Shown in pieces: positions 17,926-28,353 of a stretch of DNA of 64,000 nucleotides; the stretch's first letter is position 1, and every line of letters starts with the position of its first letter. This DNA comes from a virus, in the IMG/VR virus record IMGVR_UViG_3300022188_000008, positions 31,306-95,305 of that record, one strand, 5' to 3'. Under the pieces are notes generated by a model. That model was not told the DNA's origin, searched no databases, and saw only the letters and a program-made list of their open reading frames with translations. A program made the translations under genes and the position numbers.

Positions 17926-18483
17926 ATGGATATAGAACAAAAATATAAACTCCTAAAAAAACGATTCGGGGAGAAATATACAAACAGACTAATTAGAGCA
18001 TATGAAGGCAAGGAAACTATAACTTCTATAGCTAAGGACTATAATAAATCCAGACAGGCTGTTTCAGCAGTTATAATACGTTATTTAGGATATAAAAAAA
18101 GAGCTAATTCTCTTACTAGAGAAGAAAGAATAAACAGATTCATAGATCAAAAATTAAAAGTTTACCCCTCTCTTTGGGAGCAACTGCTTCTGTTAAAAGA
18201 TGTATTATTATCTATAGAAGAGGGAAAATTAAAAAAAGTAAAACAGGGAACAGCTTTTGTAGTTAAAGATAAGGAATTTCGTTTTAAATTTAGATCCAGT
18301 TTGAAAAACTTCAATTGGTTATCTTTATGGGTTACAAAGCCTGAATTAGCAGATTATTACATTATTACTACTTTTAAAGGAATCGCAATTAAATTCCTTT
18401 CCTTTAGAAATACATCCATGAATGCCAAAGAATTTAGTATGAATAAAGAAAGAATAATTAGATTATTGTATGAGGTTAAATGA
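17926..18483 (+). CDS. HTH DNA-binding protein
   Basis: TITSIAKDYNKSRQAVSAVI HTH; AGAGGA RBS supports ATG 17926. Confidence 0.6.
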   Translation: MDIEQKYKLLKKRFGEKYTNRLIRAYEGKETITSIAKDYNKSRQAVSAVIIRYLGYKKRANSLTREERINRFIDQKLKVYPSLWEQLLLLKDVLLSIEEGKLKKVKQGTAFVVKDKEFRFKFRSSLKNFNWLSLWVTKPELADYYIITTFKGIAIKFLSFRNTSMNAKEFSMNKERIIRLLYEVK

Positions 18484-18962
18484 CAGTAAAAAGACGTAAA
18501 GACAAAACTAATTTACTTGATTGTTTTAAGTTAAAAACTTGGGATAAGAAGTATTATTATCATGTTTTTGTATGGAAAGATTTAAATAGCCTTAGAGCTA
18601 ATTCTCTTGACTCAGAGGATGCTATTGCAGTTGTTAATCATGAACCTGAAATTTTTAGGATATACAAAGATAAGCCTGATGAGAAAATTATAAGACCTAA
18701 GCTAGGAGAAGTACATATAACTATCGAATACTTTGATGAAGGTGTTGTTGCTCATGAATTACTTCATGCAATGTTTAATAGGATTAGAACTATAAATAAT
18801 CCTACATATAAGCAATTAGAGGAACAAGAATATATAAAAGTTGGTGATACAGATTATATGTGTGAAGAAATAATATGTTATGAATTCAGTGATTGGTTTA
18901 TCAAGACTTATAGAAGGATTTTTGATTTGTGGAAAGAACATAAGGAGTATATAAATGATTAA
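18480..18962 (+). CDS. HEXXH zincin-like protein
   Basis: VVAHELLHAMF...EEIICY. Confidence 0.6.
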   Translation: MTVKRRKDKTNLLDCFKLKTWDKKYYYHVFVWKDLNSLRANSLDSEDAIAVVNHEPEIFRIYKDKPDEKIIRPKLGEVHITIEYFDEGVVAHELLHAMFNRIRTINNPTYKQLEEQEYIKVGDTDYMCEEIICYEFSDWFIKTYRRIFDLWKEHKEYIND

Positions 18963-19491
18963 ACAACGTATTATTGTTTGTGGCATCGACCCTGGTTTTG
19001 ATGGTGGTATTTCTGTAATATCTGAAACGCCAAGAAATAAACATAAAATAATTTATTCTTCTGTTATGCCTATTATCAAAGAGAAGAGCAGAAGGAAATT
19101 GGATTATCATAAATTAATTATGATTTTTAAAACATATTTACCAACTTTAACAGTTATAGAGAAAGCACAAACAATGCCTAAACAAGGTATAGCTTCTACA
19201 GGTAGATCTATGTATAATGCGGGGGTAATTCATGGTATTCTTTTAGGTCTTAGTCTTCCATTTATTAGAGTAAGACCACAAGAATGGAAAAAAGTTATGT
19301 TAAAAGGCACAAAGAAACAAAAAATAGATGCTATTGAAAAAGTTAGTTGCCTTTTTCCTGATTTATCATTAAAAAAATCCAAAAGAGCAAAAAAACCACA
19401 TGATGGGATTGCAGAGTCAGTCCTTATCGGGTTATATGGATTTACATGTTTAAATCAGGAAAGCCTAAATTATCACAACGAAAAATCCTAA
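18955..19491 (+). CDS. RuvC-like Holliday junction resolvase
   Basis: GIDPGFDGGI, VIEK, VRPQEWKK, HDGIAESVLIG. Confidence 0.88.
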   Translation: MIKQRIIVCGIDPGFDGGISVISETPRNKHKIIYSSVMPIIKEKSRRKLDYHKLIMIFKTYLPTLTVIEKAQTMPKQGIASTGRSMYNAGVIHGILLGLSLPFIRVRPQEWKKVMLKGTKKQKIDAIEKVSCLFPDLSLKKSKRAKKPHDGIAESVLIGLYGFTCLNQESLNYHNEKS

Positions 19492-20999
19492 GAGAGGTAT
19501 TCTCTTCAAGAATAGACTCTTTTGCAGCTACTATTTTACCTCATTATTTCACAATTCCTTTCTCACCTCTTCATTATTATCTTTTTAGTAACTTCAGAGA
19601 TAGGATAGGAACAAATGCACGAGAGGCAATAGCTGCCCCTCGTGGATTTGGCAAATCCACTGTTACTACACTTGCATGGCCTTTATGGATTATATGTGAG
19701 TCTGCACGAAGAAATAAAAATCTCTACCATTATATAGTTATCCTTTCAGACGTATTCTCTCAGGCTAGTGACTTCTTAGCAGATATAAAGAGGGAGTTGG
19801 AAACAAATGAAATGATCCAATACTTCTATCCTGAAGTATTTGGGAAAGGGCCTAAATGGAGGGATGAATTCATAATAACAAGAAATGATATTATGATTCG
19901 TGCTCTTGGTTCTATGGGTAAAGTTAGAGGTAGAAGATTTAAACAACACCGTGTTGGCTTAGTAATAGCTGATGATCTAGAAAATAGGAATGCTATTATA
20001 TCAGAAACATATAGAGAACATATAACTGATTGGTTTTCTAAAGATGTATTAAAAACTGGCGGCCCTAATCGACCTGTAGATATATTTGTTGTTGGTACGA
20101 TTTTACATCCTTTCAGTTTATTAAATAAACTTTTGACTACTCCAGAATTCTCTGCTTTTCATGGTAAGAAGTTCAAAGCTGTACTGTCTTTCGCTAAAAA
20201 TCAAGACTTGTGGGATGAATGGAAAACCATCTATCAAAATAGATTTGATAAAAGGAGAGAGAAAAATGCGTATATTTTCTATAAAAAGCATGAGGCTGAA
20301 ATGTTGTCGGGTGTTTCTCTCATGTGGCCTGAAGGTTCTTCATATTATGATTTAATGGTAGAGCTTATTGGAGAGGGCACTGCCTCCTTTTATTCTGAAA
20401 AACAGAACGAACCGTTTGACCCATCAACACTTCTCTTCCCTGAAAGTATATTTAGCTTTTATAATGAAGAAGATATTAAAGCTCTTATTGATGATAGTGA
20501 GATATATATTTATTTAGATCCTACTGTTAATAAGAATAAGAAATCAGACTATTATGCCCTTATAGTATTAATGAGACATATAGATTCTGGGTATATTTTT
20601 GTGCTTCATGCTGATGTTGAAAAGAAGCCCCCTTCTTATCAAAAAAGCGAATTAAAGAAGTATTCATTAAAATATTTAGATAAAATAAGGTATGTTGGAA
20701 TAGAGTCTAATGGCTTTCAAGCATTGATTACTGAAGACTTCAAACGAGAATTAAGAGAAGAAGGCATATATGTTCCTATTACTGCTGTTCAGAATAATTT
20801 ATCTAAAAAAGCACGTATCTCTAAGTTAGAACCATTGATAAAAGATGGTACTATTCGCTTTAATAAGAATCATTTGACTTTATATACACAACTACATCTA
20901 TATGGAATTGTAGGTAATGATGATGGCCCTGATGCTCTTGCAGGAGCAGTAGAATTGATAAATAAGAAAAGATTTAAGCTACTCACATACGGGGGATAA
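19446..20999 (+). CDS. terL: Terminase large subunit
   Basis: APRGFGKST Walker A, VIADDLE Walker B, VGT motif; nuclease LDP...SDY...IESNGFQ...DDGPDALA. Confidence 0.95.
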   Translation: MFKSGKPKLSQRKILREVFSSRIDSFAATILPHYFTIPFSPLHYYLFSNFRDRIGTNAREAIAAPRGFGKSTVTTLAWPLWIICESARRNKNLYHYIVILSDVFSQASDFLADIKRELETNEMIQYFYPEVFGKGPKWRDEFIITRNDIMIRALGSMGKVRGRRFKQHRVGLVIADDLENRNAIISETYREHITDWFSKDVLKTGGPNRPVDIFVVGTILHPFSLLNKLLTTPEFSAFHGKKFKAVLSFAKNQDLWDEWKTIYQNRFDKRREKNAYIFYKKHEAEMLSGVSLMWPEGSSYYDLMVELIGEGTASFYSEKQNEPFDPSTLLFPESIFSFYNEEDIKALIDDSEIYIYLDPTVNKNKKSDYYALIVLMRHIDSGYIFVLHADVEKKPPSYQKSELKKYSLKYLDKIRYVGIESNGFQALITEDFKRELREEGIYVPITAVQNNLSKKARISKLEPLIKDGTIRFNKNHLTLYTQLHLYGIVGNDDGPDALAGAVELINKKRFKLLTYGG

Positions 21000-21004
21000 G
21001 GTCT

Positions 21005-22591
21005 GTGGCTATAACTGATAGGCAGCATCCTTTATATGAAGATCATAGTGAAGAATGGTTATTTTTTTTAGAAGCATATGAGGGAGGAAGTGAATATATA
21101 GGTAGTGATAACTTATTTACTCATCGCTTAGAATTAGATGATGATTTTGAGAATAGAAAGAAGAGGGCATATTATCTCAATTATTGTTCTGCAGTAATAG
21201 AAAGTTATACAAATTTCATATTTTCCAAGGAAATTATAAGACCCTCTAATGAGATATTTACACCTTTTTTGAGAAATGTAACAGGCTCTGGTGATGATAT
21301 TGATACTTTTATGCGAAAAGTATCTAATTATTCAGGAGCATGTGGATTTGTTTATGTTTTGTTTAATTTTCGTGATTTATCATTATTTCCTTCTTCAGAA
21401 GATAATAAAGTTCCCCTAAGTGTAGTAAAAGAGTATAATCTCTATCCTTATCTTACCATGCACACTCCTGCTGAAGTTGTAGATTTTTCTGTAGATACAC
21501 ATGGTAATTTTGATTGGATACTTCTTGAAGAGGATATTTATGAAGATTCTGACCCTACAGTTGATAGGGAAATAGTTACTGTAAGAAATCTTATTACACG
21601 TGATTATTGGGTGAAGTATGATAAGGAGACAGGAGAACAAATAGGGGAGAAGATAGATAATCCTTTTGGAATTGTGCCTGTTGTTCTAGTGAAAAATATG
21701 GGGGAATCTTATGAAGGATTAAGTCTTTCTACTATTAAGGATATAGCCTATGTGAATAGAGCTATATTTAATTGGTGTTCAAATATTGATGAAATGATAG
21801 AGAGGCAAACTTTCTCACAGTTAACCTGTCCTGATGATGGTTCTTTAGCAGAACAAGCTGAGGCTAAAAAACATACGGGTGAAGATCCATTAGTAAAAGT
21901 TGGGACTGCTGCTATTTTCACTTTTCCTGCAAATGCAGGCCATCCACCTAGATTTATTTCCCCAGATACTTCACAAATAGAAGTAATATGGGAAATGGTG
22001 CTTTCTCATATAAAACAGATATACATTATGGCAGGTCTTGCAGGTACTGCTGTAGATGTTTCTGCTTCTTCAGGGAGAGCAAAACAACAACAATTCTATT
22101 CTATAGAAGCAAATTTAACAGCAAAAGCTGCTAATCTTGAAAAGGCAGAAACAGAAATTCTGAAGATGTATTATGAAATCATGACAGGTAAACCTGTTTC
22201 TGATGAATCTATTTATCAAGTTACTTATCCTCGTTCTTTTGATGTTCTTAATTTTGTAGATTATCTGAAATATACATTTGATGTTATTTCTAAGAATATT
22301 TCTGAAAAACTAGTAAAATATTTAGCTAAAGAAGCAGCACTTAAATTACTGAAATCAGCACCTGATAAGATCAAAGAGGAGGTGATAGATGAGATAGATA
22401 ATAAAGATTCTGAAGAAATTGTGAAAAATGTGAGGGCTGGTAATGTAAAAATGACATTTGGACAAAGTGTTATAGGGTCATCAGATTATAAATCCCCCTC
22501 AGATAGAGCTTATAATGAAAAAGAGGAAGATTCTCTGAGTATAAAAAAAGATACTGGAGAGGGTAGACCTATTGTTAACAAACAAGAATGA
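21005..22591 (+). CDS. Portal protein (SPP1 gp6-like)
   Basis: Follows TerL; 528 aa; HP.Y...W...AYEGG, NPFGIVPVV, DIAYVNRAIFN, SGRAKQ. Confidence 0.88.
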   Translation: MAITDRQHPLYEDHSEEWLFFLEAYEGGSEYIGSDNLFTHRLELDDDFENRKKRAYYLNYCSAVIESYTNFIFSKEIIRPSNEIFTPFLRNVTGSGDDIDTFMRKVSNYSGACGFVYVLFNFRDLSLFPSSEDNKVPLSVVKEYNLYPYLTMHTPAEVVDFSVDTHGNFDWILLEEDIYEDSDPTVDREIVTVRNLITRDYWVKYDKETGEQIGEKIDNPFGIVPVVLVKNMGESYEGLSLSTIKDIAYVNRAIFNWCSNIDEMIERQTFSQLTCPDDGSLAEQAEAKKHTGEDPLVKVGTAAIFTFPANAGHPPRFISPDTSQIEVIWEMVLSHIKQIYIMAGLAGTAVDVSASSGRAKQQQFYSIEANLTAKAANLEKAETEILKMYYEIMTGKPVSDESIYQVTYPRSFDVLNFVDYLKYTFDVISKNISEKLVKYLAKEAALKLLKSAPDKIKEEVIDEIDNKDSEEIVKNVRAGNVKMTFGQSVIGSSDYKSPSDRAYNEKEEDSLSIKKDTGEGRPIVNKQE

Positions 22592-22607
22592 TATGGAGGA
22601 ATAAGAT

Positions 22608-23492
22608 ATGCCGCCTGAATTAGATAAAGATGTAAACAAAGACCAAAACCTTGATGATGATAAGGACAAGGATAAAAATAAAGATAAGGACAAAAATGGT
22701 GATGTTAAATTCTCTAAATCTTATATTGAGAGTATCATAAGAGATAGAGATAGAACTAAGAAACGTCTTAAAGAGCTTGAAGAGAAATTATCAAAATATG
22801 AAGAAGTAGTAAAAACAGCTCCTCCTAAAGATAAAGTTGAAAAAATGAAGGAGGAACTGGAAGAGCTTAGAAAGTTTAGGGAAGAAATAAAGAAGAAACA
22901 ACAAGAAGCAGAACTTAAAGATAAATCAGAATCCGAGAGACTTAAGATTCAGCTTCAATCTGTTAATGAAGAATATCAAGCTAAACTGAAAGAATTAGAA
23001 GAAGAACTCAATACTACTAAGCAGACTTTTGAACAAAAACTTCAAGAGAAAGAACAACTTCTCAGTACTTTGTATGAGCAAGTTCTTGAAGGTAGAATCA
23101 GGAAAATAGCCATTGAAGAAAAGGCTTATTCTCCTGAACAGATAGTTCTTATGACTAAACACTTTTTTAAGAGAAATGAAGATGGTGAATATTACGCCAT
23201 TAATAAAAAAGGTAAAGAAGTCACTGTTGAGGAATTTGTATCCGACTTCCTTAAAGACCCAGCTAATTCCAATTTAGTGGCGGTTACCTTGCCTCCAGGG
23301 GATGGAGACAAAAATAAACGGAGACCACCAAAGAAGGAAACAGGGGATGATGACGAGATTGATGTCTCAAAAGCTACTCCTGCTGATTATGCTTCTGCCA
23401 GAATTGCTGGGATGGATATAAAGCAGTGGCTGAAGATCCAAAAGATAAAAAAAGAAGTACTTGAAATGAAAAAACAACAAACTGGAGGATAA
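22608..23492 (+). CDS. Capsid scaffolding protein
   Basis: Charged coiled coil between portal and capsid genes; K.SESERL motif. Confidence 0.8.
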   Translation: MPPELDKDVNKDQNLDDDKDKDKNKDKDKNGDVKFSKSYIESIIRDRDRTKKRLKELEEKLSKYEEVVKTAPPKDKVEKMKEELEELRKFREEIKKKQQEAELKDKSESERLKIQLQSVNEEYQAKLKELEEELNTTKQTFEQKLQEKEQLLSTLYEQVLEGRIRKIAIEEKAYSPEQIVLMTKHFFKRNEDGEYYAINKKGKEVTVEEFVSDFLKDPANSNLVAVTLPPGDGDKNKRRPPKKETGDDDEIDVSKATPADYASARIAGMDIKQWLKIQKIKKEVLEMKKQQTGG

Positions 23493-23495
23493 ACT

Positions 23496-23879
23496 ATGAG
23501 TAAATACGTACAGGTTGGAACAAATGAAGCTGTAATTGAAGTTCCTGCTGCTAGTGGTTTGACACCTAGTGACAGGGGCGGGGCTTTTATAACTATTATT
23601 GATGGTAAAGCTGTCCTAGCTACCGGAGACGTAGATATTTTTGGTTGGGCGGTTAGACCTGCTGGGGATATTTCTGAGGGTGATCCTATTCTTGTGGAGA
23701 GCGTCCTTGGTAAAACTTATAGAATGCCTAAAACTGGAAGTGGAACTCCTGCAATAGGATCTCGTTTTGGTCTTACAGTGTCTGCTGGTGTTCAGTATGT
23801 GGATACAGATGATACTACTTATGTCAAAGTAGAAGTAGTAGGAATTGATGGCGATGATCTTATTGTTAGAGTAATATAA
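23496..23879 (+). CDS. Capsid decoration/cement protein
   Basis: Small Gly-rich beta protein just before the major capsid gene. Confidence 0.65.
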   Translation: MSKYVQVGTNEAVIEVPAASGLTPSDRGGAFITIIDGKAVLATGDVDIFGWAVRPAGDISEGDPILVESVLGKTYRMPKTGSGTPAIGSRFGLTVSAGVQYVDTDDTTYVKVEVVGIDGDDLIVRVI

Positions 23880-23913
23880 CAGGTTTATGAGCTAATAATT
23901 GGAGGTATAAGAT

Positions 23914-24885
23914 ATGAGTGTAACTAGAACTGATTTTACGGAAAAACTAAAGGTTAATGCCTATAGATGGTTTTGGGAGGCAGCTACCAGTAATTATGAC
24001 ACTTGGACGGAGTTATTCGCAGAGGATACGGATTTTCCAGAAGATGCTTCATATACCATGACTACATCAGCCCTGGGATTGGGAGATCTTACGGAGAAGA
24101 AAGAAGGCGATAAGCTGGAATTTGATTCTCCTATGGAAGGGTATACAGTACTTGGTGCTCCTAAGACCTTTGGTAGGCAGATTTCGTTCTCCTTGGAACT
24201 CTATTCTGATACCCAGGTAGAAGGTCTTTTCAGAAAGACTGTAGCAAGCTGGAGAGATGCCTATGAGAGAACCAGGGATAAAACTTTTGCTAAAGTGTTT
24301 AATTATGGTGCTTTTACAGCAGGGCACACTATTTTCAATAACTCTATCCCTGGTGTAATTACTGATCCTTCAGGGGATTTTATTTATGATGGTAAGCCTC
24401 TGTTTGCTGCATCAGGTAATGAGCATGTATCCAAAAATGGTGGTACATATTTTAATTATCAGGCTCTTCCTCTTACAGCAGAGAACTTGAAAACTGTCTA
24501 TACAGCTATGACTACTACAAATGCGAAAGATGAGAGGGATGAGGATATTGATATTATTCCTGATATTTTGCTTGTTCCGCCTGGATTGAAATTTACTGCC
24601 GAGGAAATTCTTAAATCTACTTCTCTTGACTCTGCAAATCCTGGCGTAACTAATGTTCTCAGAGATATTGTGAGACCTGTTGTCTGGAGAAGGTTGACTG
24701 ATTCTGATGGCTGGATTCTTATGCAGTCTAAGAAGGGAATTTATGTAATTAATAAACTTGATCCTGTGATTGATTTCTGGGTAGATCCTGAAACTAAAGA
24801 TTACAGAGCTTCTATTATTTGTAGATTTGGTATCTACGTCCAGAATTGGAGATTTGTATACGGATGTAATCTTGCCCAGTCTTAA
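23914..24885 (+). CDS. Major capsid protein (HK97 fold, Mu gpT-like)
   Basis: DGKPLFAAS..H, PDILLVPPGL...AEEIL, RFG...NWR; followed by a terminator. Confidence 0.88.
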   Translation: MSVTRTDFTEKLKVNAYRWFWEAATSNYDTWTELFAEDTDFPEDASYTMTTSALGLGDLTEKKEGDKLEFDSPMEGYTVLGAPKTFGRQISFSLELYSDTQVEGLFRKTVASWRDAYERTRDKTFAKVFNYGAFTAGHTIFNNSIPGVITDPSGDFIYDGKPLFAASGNEHVSKNGGTYFNYQALPLTAENLKTVYTAMTTTNAKDERDEDIDIIPDILLVPPGLKFTAEEILKSTSLDSANPGVTNVLRDIVRPVVWRRLTDSDGWILMQSKKGIYVINKLDPVIDFWVDPETKDYRASIICRFGIYVQNWRFVYGCNLAQS

Positions 24886-24895
24886 GATTTGAGTT

Positions 24896-24920
24896 AGGGG
24901 GCTAGAAGCCCCCTCTTTTT
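24896..24920 (+). terminator. Intrinsic terminator after the major capsid gene
   Basis: AGGGGGCT-AGA-AGCCCCCT-CTTTTT. Confidence 0.8.
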
Positions 24921-24933
24921 AAAAGGAGGAATT

Positions 24934-25164
24934 ATGCCGAGACCTAAGAAAACTGTTAAGAAAATAGAAGATGTGAAAAATGTTGAACTTGATAAAGAAG
25001 CTCCTAAAGTTGCGGTTTCTAAGAAACCAGCTAAAAGGACTAAGTTGATATTGGATAGAACTAAGATAGAAGAAGTGGAAAAATACGTAAGAGAGGGGAA
25101 GAAAGTACACGTCAAAGGCAGAGGGGCTGAAAAGAAGTACATTGTGTTTCTTGAAGGAGATTAG
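24934..25164 (+). CDS. Small basic protein
   Basis: AGGAGG RBS; Lys-rich. Confidence 0.6.
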   Translation: MPRPKKTVKKIEDVKNVELDKEAPKVAVSKKPAKRTKLILDRTKIEEVEKYVREGKKVHVKGRGAEKKYIVFLEGD

Positions 25165-25166
25165 CA

Positions 25167-25436
25167 ATGGCGATAAAAAGACGAAAGAAAAGAACCACCA
25201 AGAAGAAGAAATGGATTCCTAAAAACATTAAAAAAGGCGCTCTCAAGAAACAACTTGGTTACAAAGAAAATCAGACTATTCCTACGTCTATCTTGAATAA
25301 AATCCTGAAAGCTAAGGTAGGAAGTAAGATTACTGTTAAGGGTAAGATTATAACAGTAACTGCCACTTTGAAAAGAAGAGCTAATCTTGCTCGTAACTTC
25401 AGAAAAATGCGAAAACGAGGACGTAAAAGAAAATAA
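25167..25436 (+). CDS. Very basic putative DNA-condensing virion protein
   Basis: KKWI..IKKGALKKQLG...IP...LKRRANLARNF; very K/R-rich. Confidence 0.6.
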   Translation: MAIKRRKKRTTKKKKWIPKNIKKGALKKQLGYKENQTIPTSILNKILKAKVGSKITVKGKIITVTATLKRRANLARNFRKMRKRGRKRK

Positions 25437-25453
25437 TTTTCGAGGATTGGTAG

Positions 25454-26452
25454 ATGAGCTTAAATACTTTACAAGGCACTATAGATGCAGAATCTTATAT
25501 TTCTGTTTCAGAAGCTGATGCTCTTTTAGCAGCAGATACAACCTGGTTGGCCTATGATTCTTATATCAAAGAGAATGCTTTGCGATTGGCTACACAATTG
25601 ATTGATAGCGTCAATTTTTATGGCGAAAAGTTAATATCAGCTCAAGCTCTTGAATTCCCTCGTAACTATTTTGATTACATTACAATAACCCCTACTTCTA
25701 TCTTTCAGGGTACAGAAGCAACTATTACGGACACTGCTACTGCTGGAGATATGTCTATTTCTAAGACCCTTAATACCATTGTTAGGCAAGGTAGTGTTGA
25801 AATAACTGTCTACTTGTTGATAGATGGAACTTCAACTCAAGTTATTCTTAGGGATACAAGCTCATCTGCCAATCCTTTTTATAATCCTATTTATGTGTCC
25901 TCTTCTAGTCTCGATTATGATACAGGTGATCTTTTCATAACTTTTAATTATGAAATAGATGATTCTGAAAATTATACTATTTCATATCGTTATCATGCTT
26001 CTATCCAATATGATAGTTTTACATCTTCTTCTGTATCAGAATCTTCTATAGATGAATACAAACAATATGAAGAGAACGCTGCTTTTATAATAATTGATGG
26101 AGTTAATGCGGGTATAGGTAAGAAAGTTGAGAAATTGGATATTTATAATGGTTTAATTATTACAGAGCCTTTTACAATAGATGTTGGAAGTGATGACACT
26201 TTATATCTGATTCCTCAACTTCCTTATAATATACGTCTTACTACGGCTAAACAAGCAGTACATTTAGCTGCTAATTCTGTTACTCAGGATTTAATAAAAA
26301 GACATGCTGGAATAATTCAGTATAAAATAGGTGATGTTTTTGCATCATATTCAAGTGATCCAATAACTCTAAAGAGTCTTTTTTGCCCTGATGCTTTTTA
26401 TTACCTGAATGAATACATAGGTAAAAAAGTATTAGGTTTAGGTAGAGCATAA
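25454..26452 (+). CDS. Head-tail adaptor with inserted beta domains
   Basis: ESYISVSEAD...ALRLATQLID...QALEFPR N-terminus; P..IRL...QA and YKIGD C-terminus. Confidence 0.75.
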   Translation: MSLNTLQGTIDAESYISVSEADALLAADTTWLAYDSYIKENALRLATQLIDSVNFYGEKLISAQALEFPRNYFDYITITPTSIFQGTEATITDTATAGDMSISKTLNTIVRQGSVEITVYLLIDGTSTQVILRDTSSSANPFYNPIYVSSSSLDYDTGDLFITFNYEIDDSENYTISYRYHASIQYDSFTSSSVSESSIDEYKQYEENAAFIIIDGVNAGIGKKVEKLDIYNGLIITEPFTIDVGSDDTLYLIPQLPYNIRLTTAKQAVHLAANSVTQDLIKRHAGIIQYKIGDVFASYSSDPITLKSLFCPDAFYYLNEYIGKKVLGLGRA

Positions 26453-26784
26453 TGCTAGAAGGTTATACTCCGCATACTGTAGATATTTATTCTTTTTCTC
26501 AAGATGGTTTCGGACAGGAAACCAAAACTGAAATCAAAACTGGTATAAAATGTCGTTTTGTTAGAGGAATCGAAGTTACAAGGGATTATATACCTGATTA
26601 CAGATCTCAGGAAAATATAGTTTATAAAGCTGTTTGTTATATTCCATATTCAGAGATTTCTGATATATCTATAGATTATGGATATATTGTGAAGCATAAT
26701 GATACCGAATATAAAGTTATGGATATTTACGAGGGCACTGATTTTGGTGGTAATATAGATTTTCTCAAATTGGGATTAGTCTAA
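26452..26784 (+). CDS. Head closure protein
   Basis: DGFGQE, IKCRF; expected synteny. Confidence 0.65.
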   Translation: MLEGYTPHTVDIYSFSQDGFGQETKTEIKTGIKCRFVRGIEVTRDYIPDYRSQENIVYKAVCYIPYSEISDISIDYGYIVKHNDTEYKVMDIYEGTDFGGNIDFLKLGLV

Positions 26785-27533
26785 TGCCTGAATTAATGGA
26801 GTTTGATGATAAATTTGAGAAAGAATTACAAAGAATAGGCTATACTTCTGCCCTTAGATTAGGTTTATATGAAATAAAAGGCAAATATATGGATTCAAAA
26901 AGAGGGCTTTTTGCTAATAAGCCTCTTCCCACATTCATAACAAAAGATTGGCAAATAGCTGGAGGTAAGATAAGAGCAGGTTTTGATATCCTTCTAAAAA
27001 AGATAATATCTGCTGTTACAGCTACCAGTGTTAAGATTGCTCTATCACGTATGTATAAAGTTATGAGGGATGTTTATGAAACTTCTATAAGCTATGCTCC
27101 TTTTGATACAGGAACTTTAAGAAGTTCTGCTAAATTACGATTTAATAGCAAGGTAGTAGGTACTTGTAATGCTGATGGATTGGGTCATTTTACAACTCAG
27201 TTTGCAGATATAGGTGGTTTTTTACAAACTGCACAAGCATATAAATTAAAAAGAAGTACATTTGCTATAACTTTTCATAGAGTAAAAGGTGAAATTATAG
27301 AAGATTTTCCTAAGTCAGGTAGAAGACCTGAACAATTCGATATTGCTATGTTTTTACATGAAAGATTAGACTGGAATCCTAGATATGCTTCTTGGCCTGT
27401 AGGTCCCAAGTGGTTGGAAAGGGCGATGGTACAACATAGTGGTGATTTTAAATATATTCTAAGCAAGATTCTTCCAGAACTAAAGAAAGATAGCAATATT
27501 ATTTTCAGGAGATTTGACCAAAGAGTTAAATAA
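26784..27533 (+). CDS. HK97 gp10-like neck protein
   Basis: APFDTGTLRSSA, AMFLHE, GPKWLERA. Confidence 0.7.
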   Translation: MPELMEFDDKFEKELQRIGYTSALRLGLYEIKGKYMDSKRGLFANKPLPTFITKDWQIAGGKIRAGFDILLKKIISAVTATSVKIALSRMYKVMRDVYETSISYAPFDTGTLRSSAKLRFNSKVVGTCNADGLGHFTTQFADIGGFLQTAQAYKLKRSTFAITFHRVKGEIIEDFPKSGRRPEQFDIAMFLHERLDWNPRYASWPVGPKWLERAMVQHSGDFKYILSKILPELKKDSNIIFRRFDQRVK

Positions 27534-27974
27534 ATGGGCTTTGTTGAGGATTTAAGGACATTTTTTGAAGATATTCATAATATATCTGAAAATGATATAG
27601 GTTCTAAATTCATATCTATTTGGGGAGAAGAATTAGTTTTAGGCACAAATCTGTTCTTTTTCTTCTTTCCAGAAACTCCTGATGATGTAATTATTATAAT
27701 GCCAAGATCGAGACCAAATAGGCTTAGAAATACACCTTGTTATAATCCAGCATTTGACTTTATAGTGCGTTCTATTGATAAATTAAAAGCATTTAAAACT
27801 GCTGAATTATTGACATTTATATTTGATAAAAGAGGTGGTATTTTATCGCCCAATTCTATGTCTTATATAGGTAGTGGTACTCCGACTGCTTACTATTTAG
27901 ATGAGAGAGGCAGGCAAACTTTTACTAATTATGTATGGTTTAATAGTATAATTTATAATGTTGAAGATTTATAA
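27534..27974 (+). CDS. Tail terminator protein
   Basis: GTNLF...PETPD, P...IVR, LDERGR..F.. Confidence 0.7.
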   Translation: MGFVEDLRTFFEDIHNISENDIGSKFISIWGEELVLGTNLFFFFFPETPDDVIIIMPRSRPNRLRNTPCYNPAFDFIVRSIDKLKAFKTAELLTFIFDKRGGILSPNSMSYIGSGTPTAYYLDERGRQTFTNYVWFNSIIYNVEDL

Positions 27975-28014
27975 AATCATAATAATTCATAAATCTAAGT
28001 TTTTGAAAGGATGA

Positions 28015-28272
28015 ATTACGACAAAAATAAAGAGTGAGGCAGATTGGCAGGCTGAGGATGATGCGAGGGTACTAATAAATGCAGAAGCCATCAAGAGAGA
28101 TAAAAAAAGGTTAAAAAGAGCTTTAAAAAAAGTAGATGAGCGTATTAAAGAAGAGCAACGAGTTTTACAATCAGCCAAACAAGTAAAAACAAAAATTAAA
28201 ACAACTACTAAGAAGAAACGTCCTAAAAGAAAGACCACTAAAAAGACTACACGAAGAAAGAAAAAATCATAA
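28015..28272 (+). CDS. Basic protein lacking an ATG/GTG/TTG start (not in ORF track)
   Basis: 85 open codons, ITTKIKSEADWQAEDDARVLINAEAIKRDKKRLKRA...KKTTRRKKKS, after GAAAGGA; an in-frame TGA lies immediately upstream. Confidence 0.6.
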   Translation: MTTKIKSEADWQAEDDARVLINAEAIKRDKKRLKRALKKVDERIKEEQRVLQSAKQVKTKIKTTTKKKRPKRKTTKKTTRRKKKS

Positions 28273-28353
28273 CGAAAAATTATGATTTCAAACTATTGAA
28301 TATATTAAACATATAGTCTCTTGGATTCAACAAACTAAACGGAGGTAATAAAT

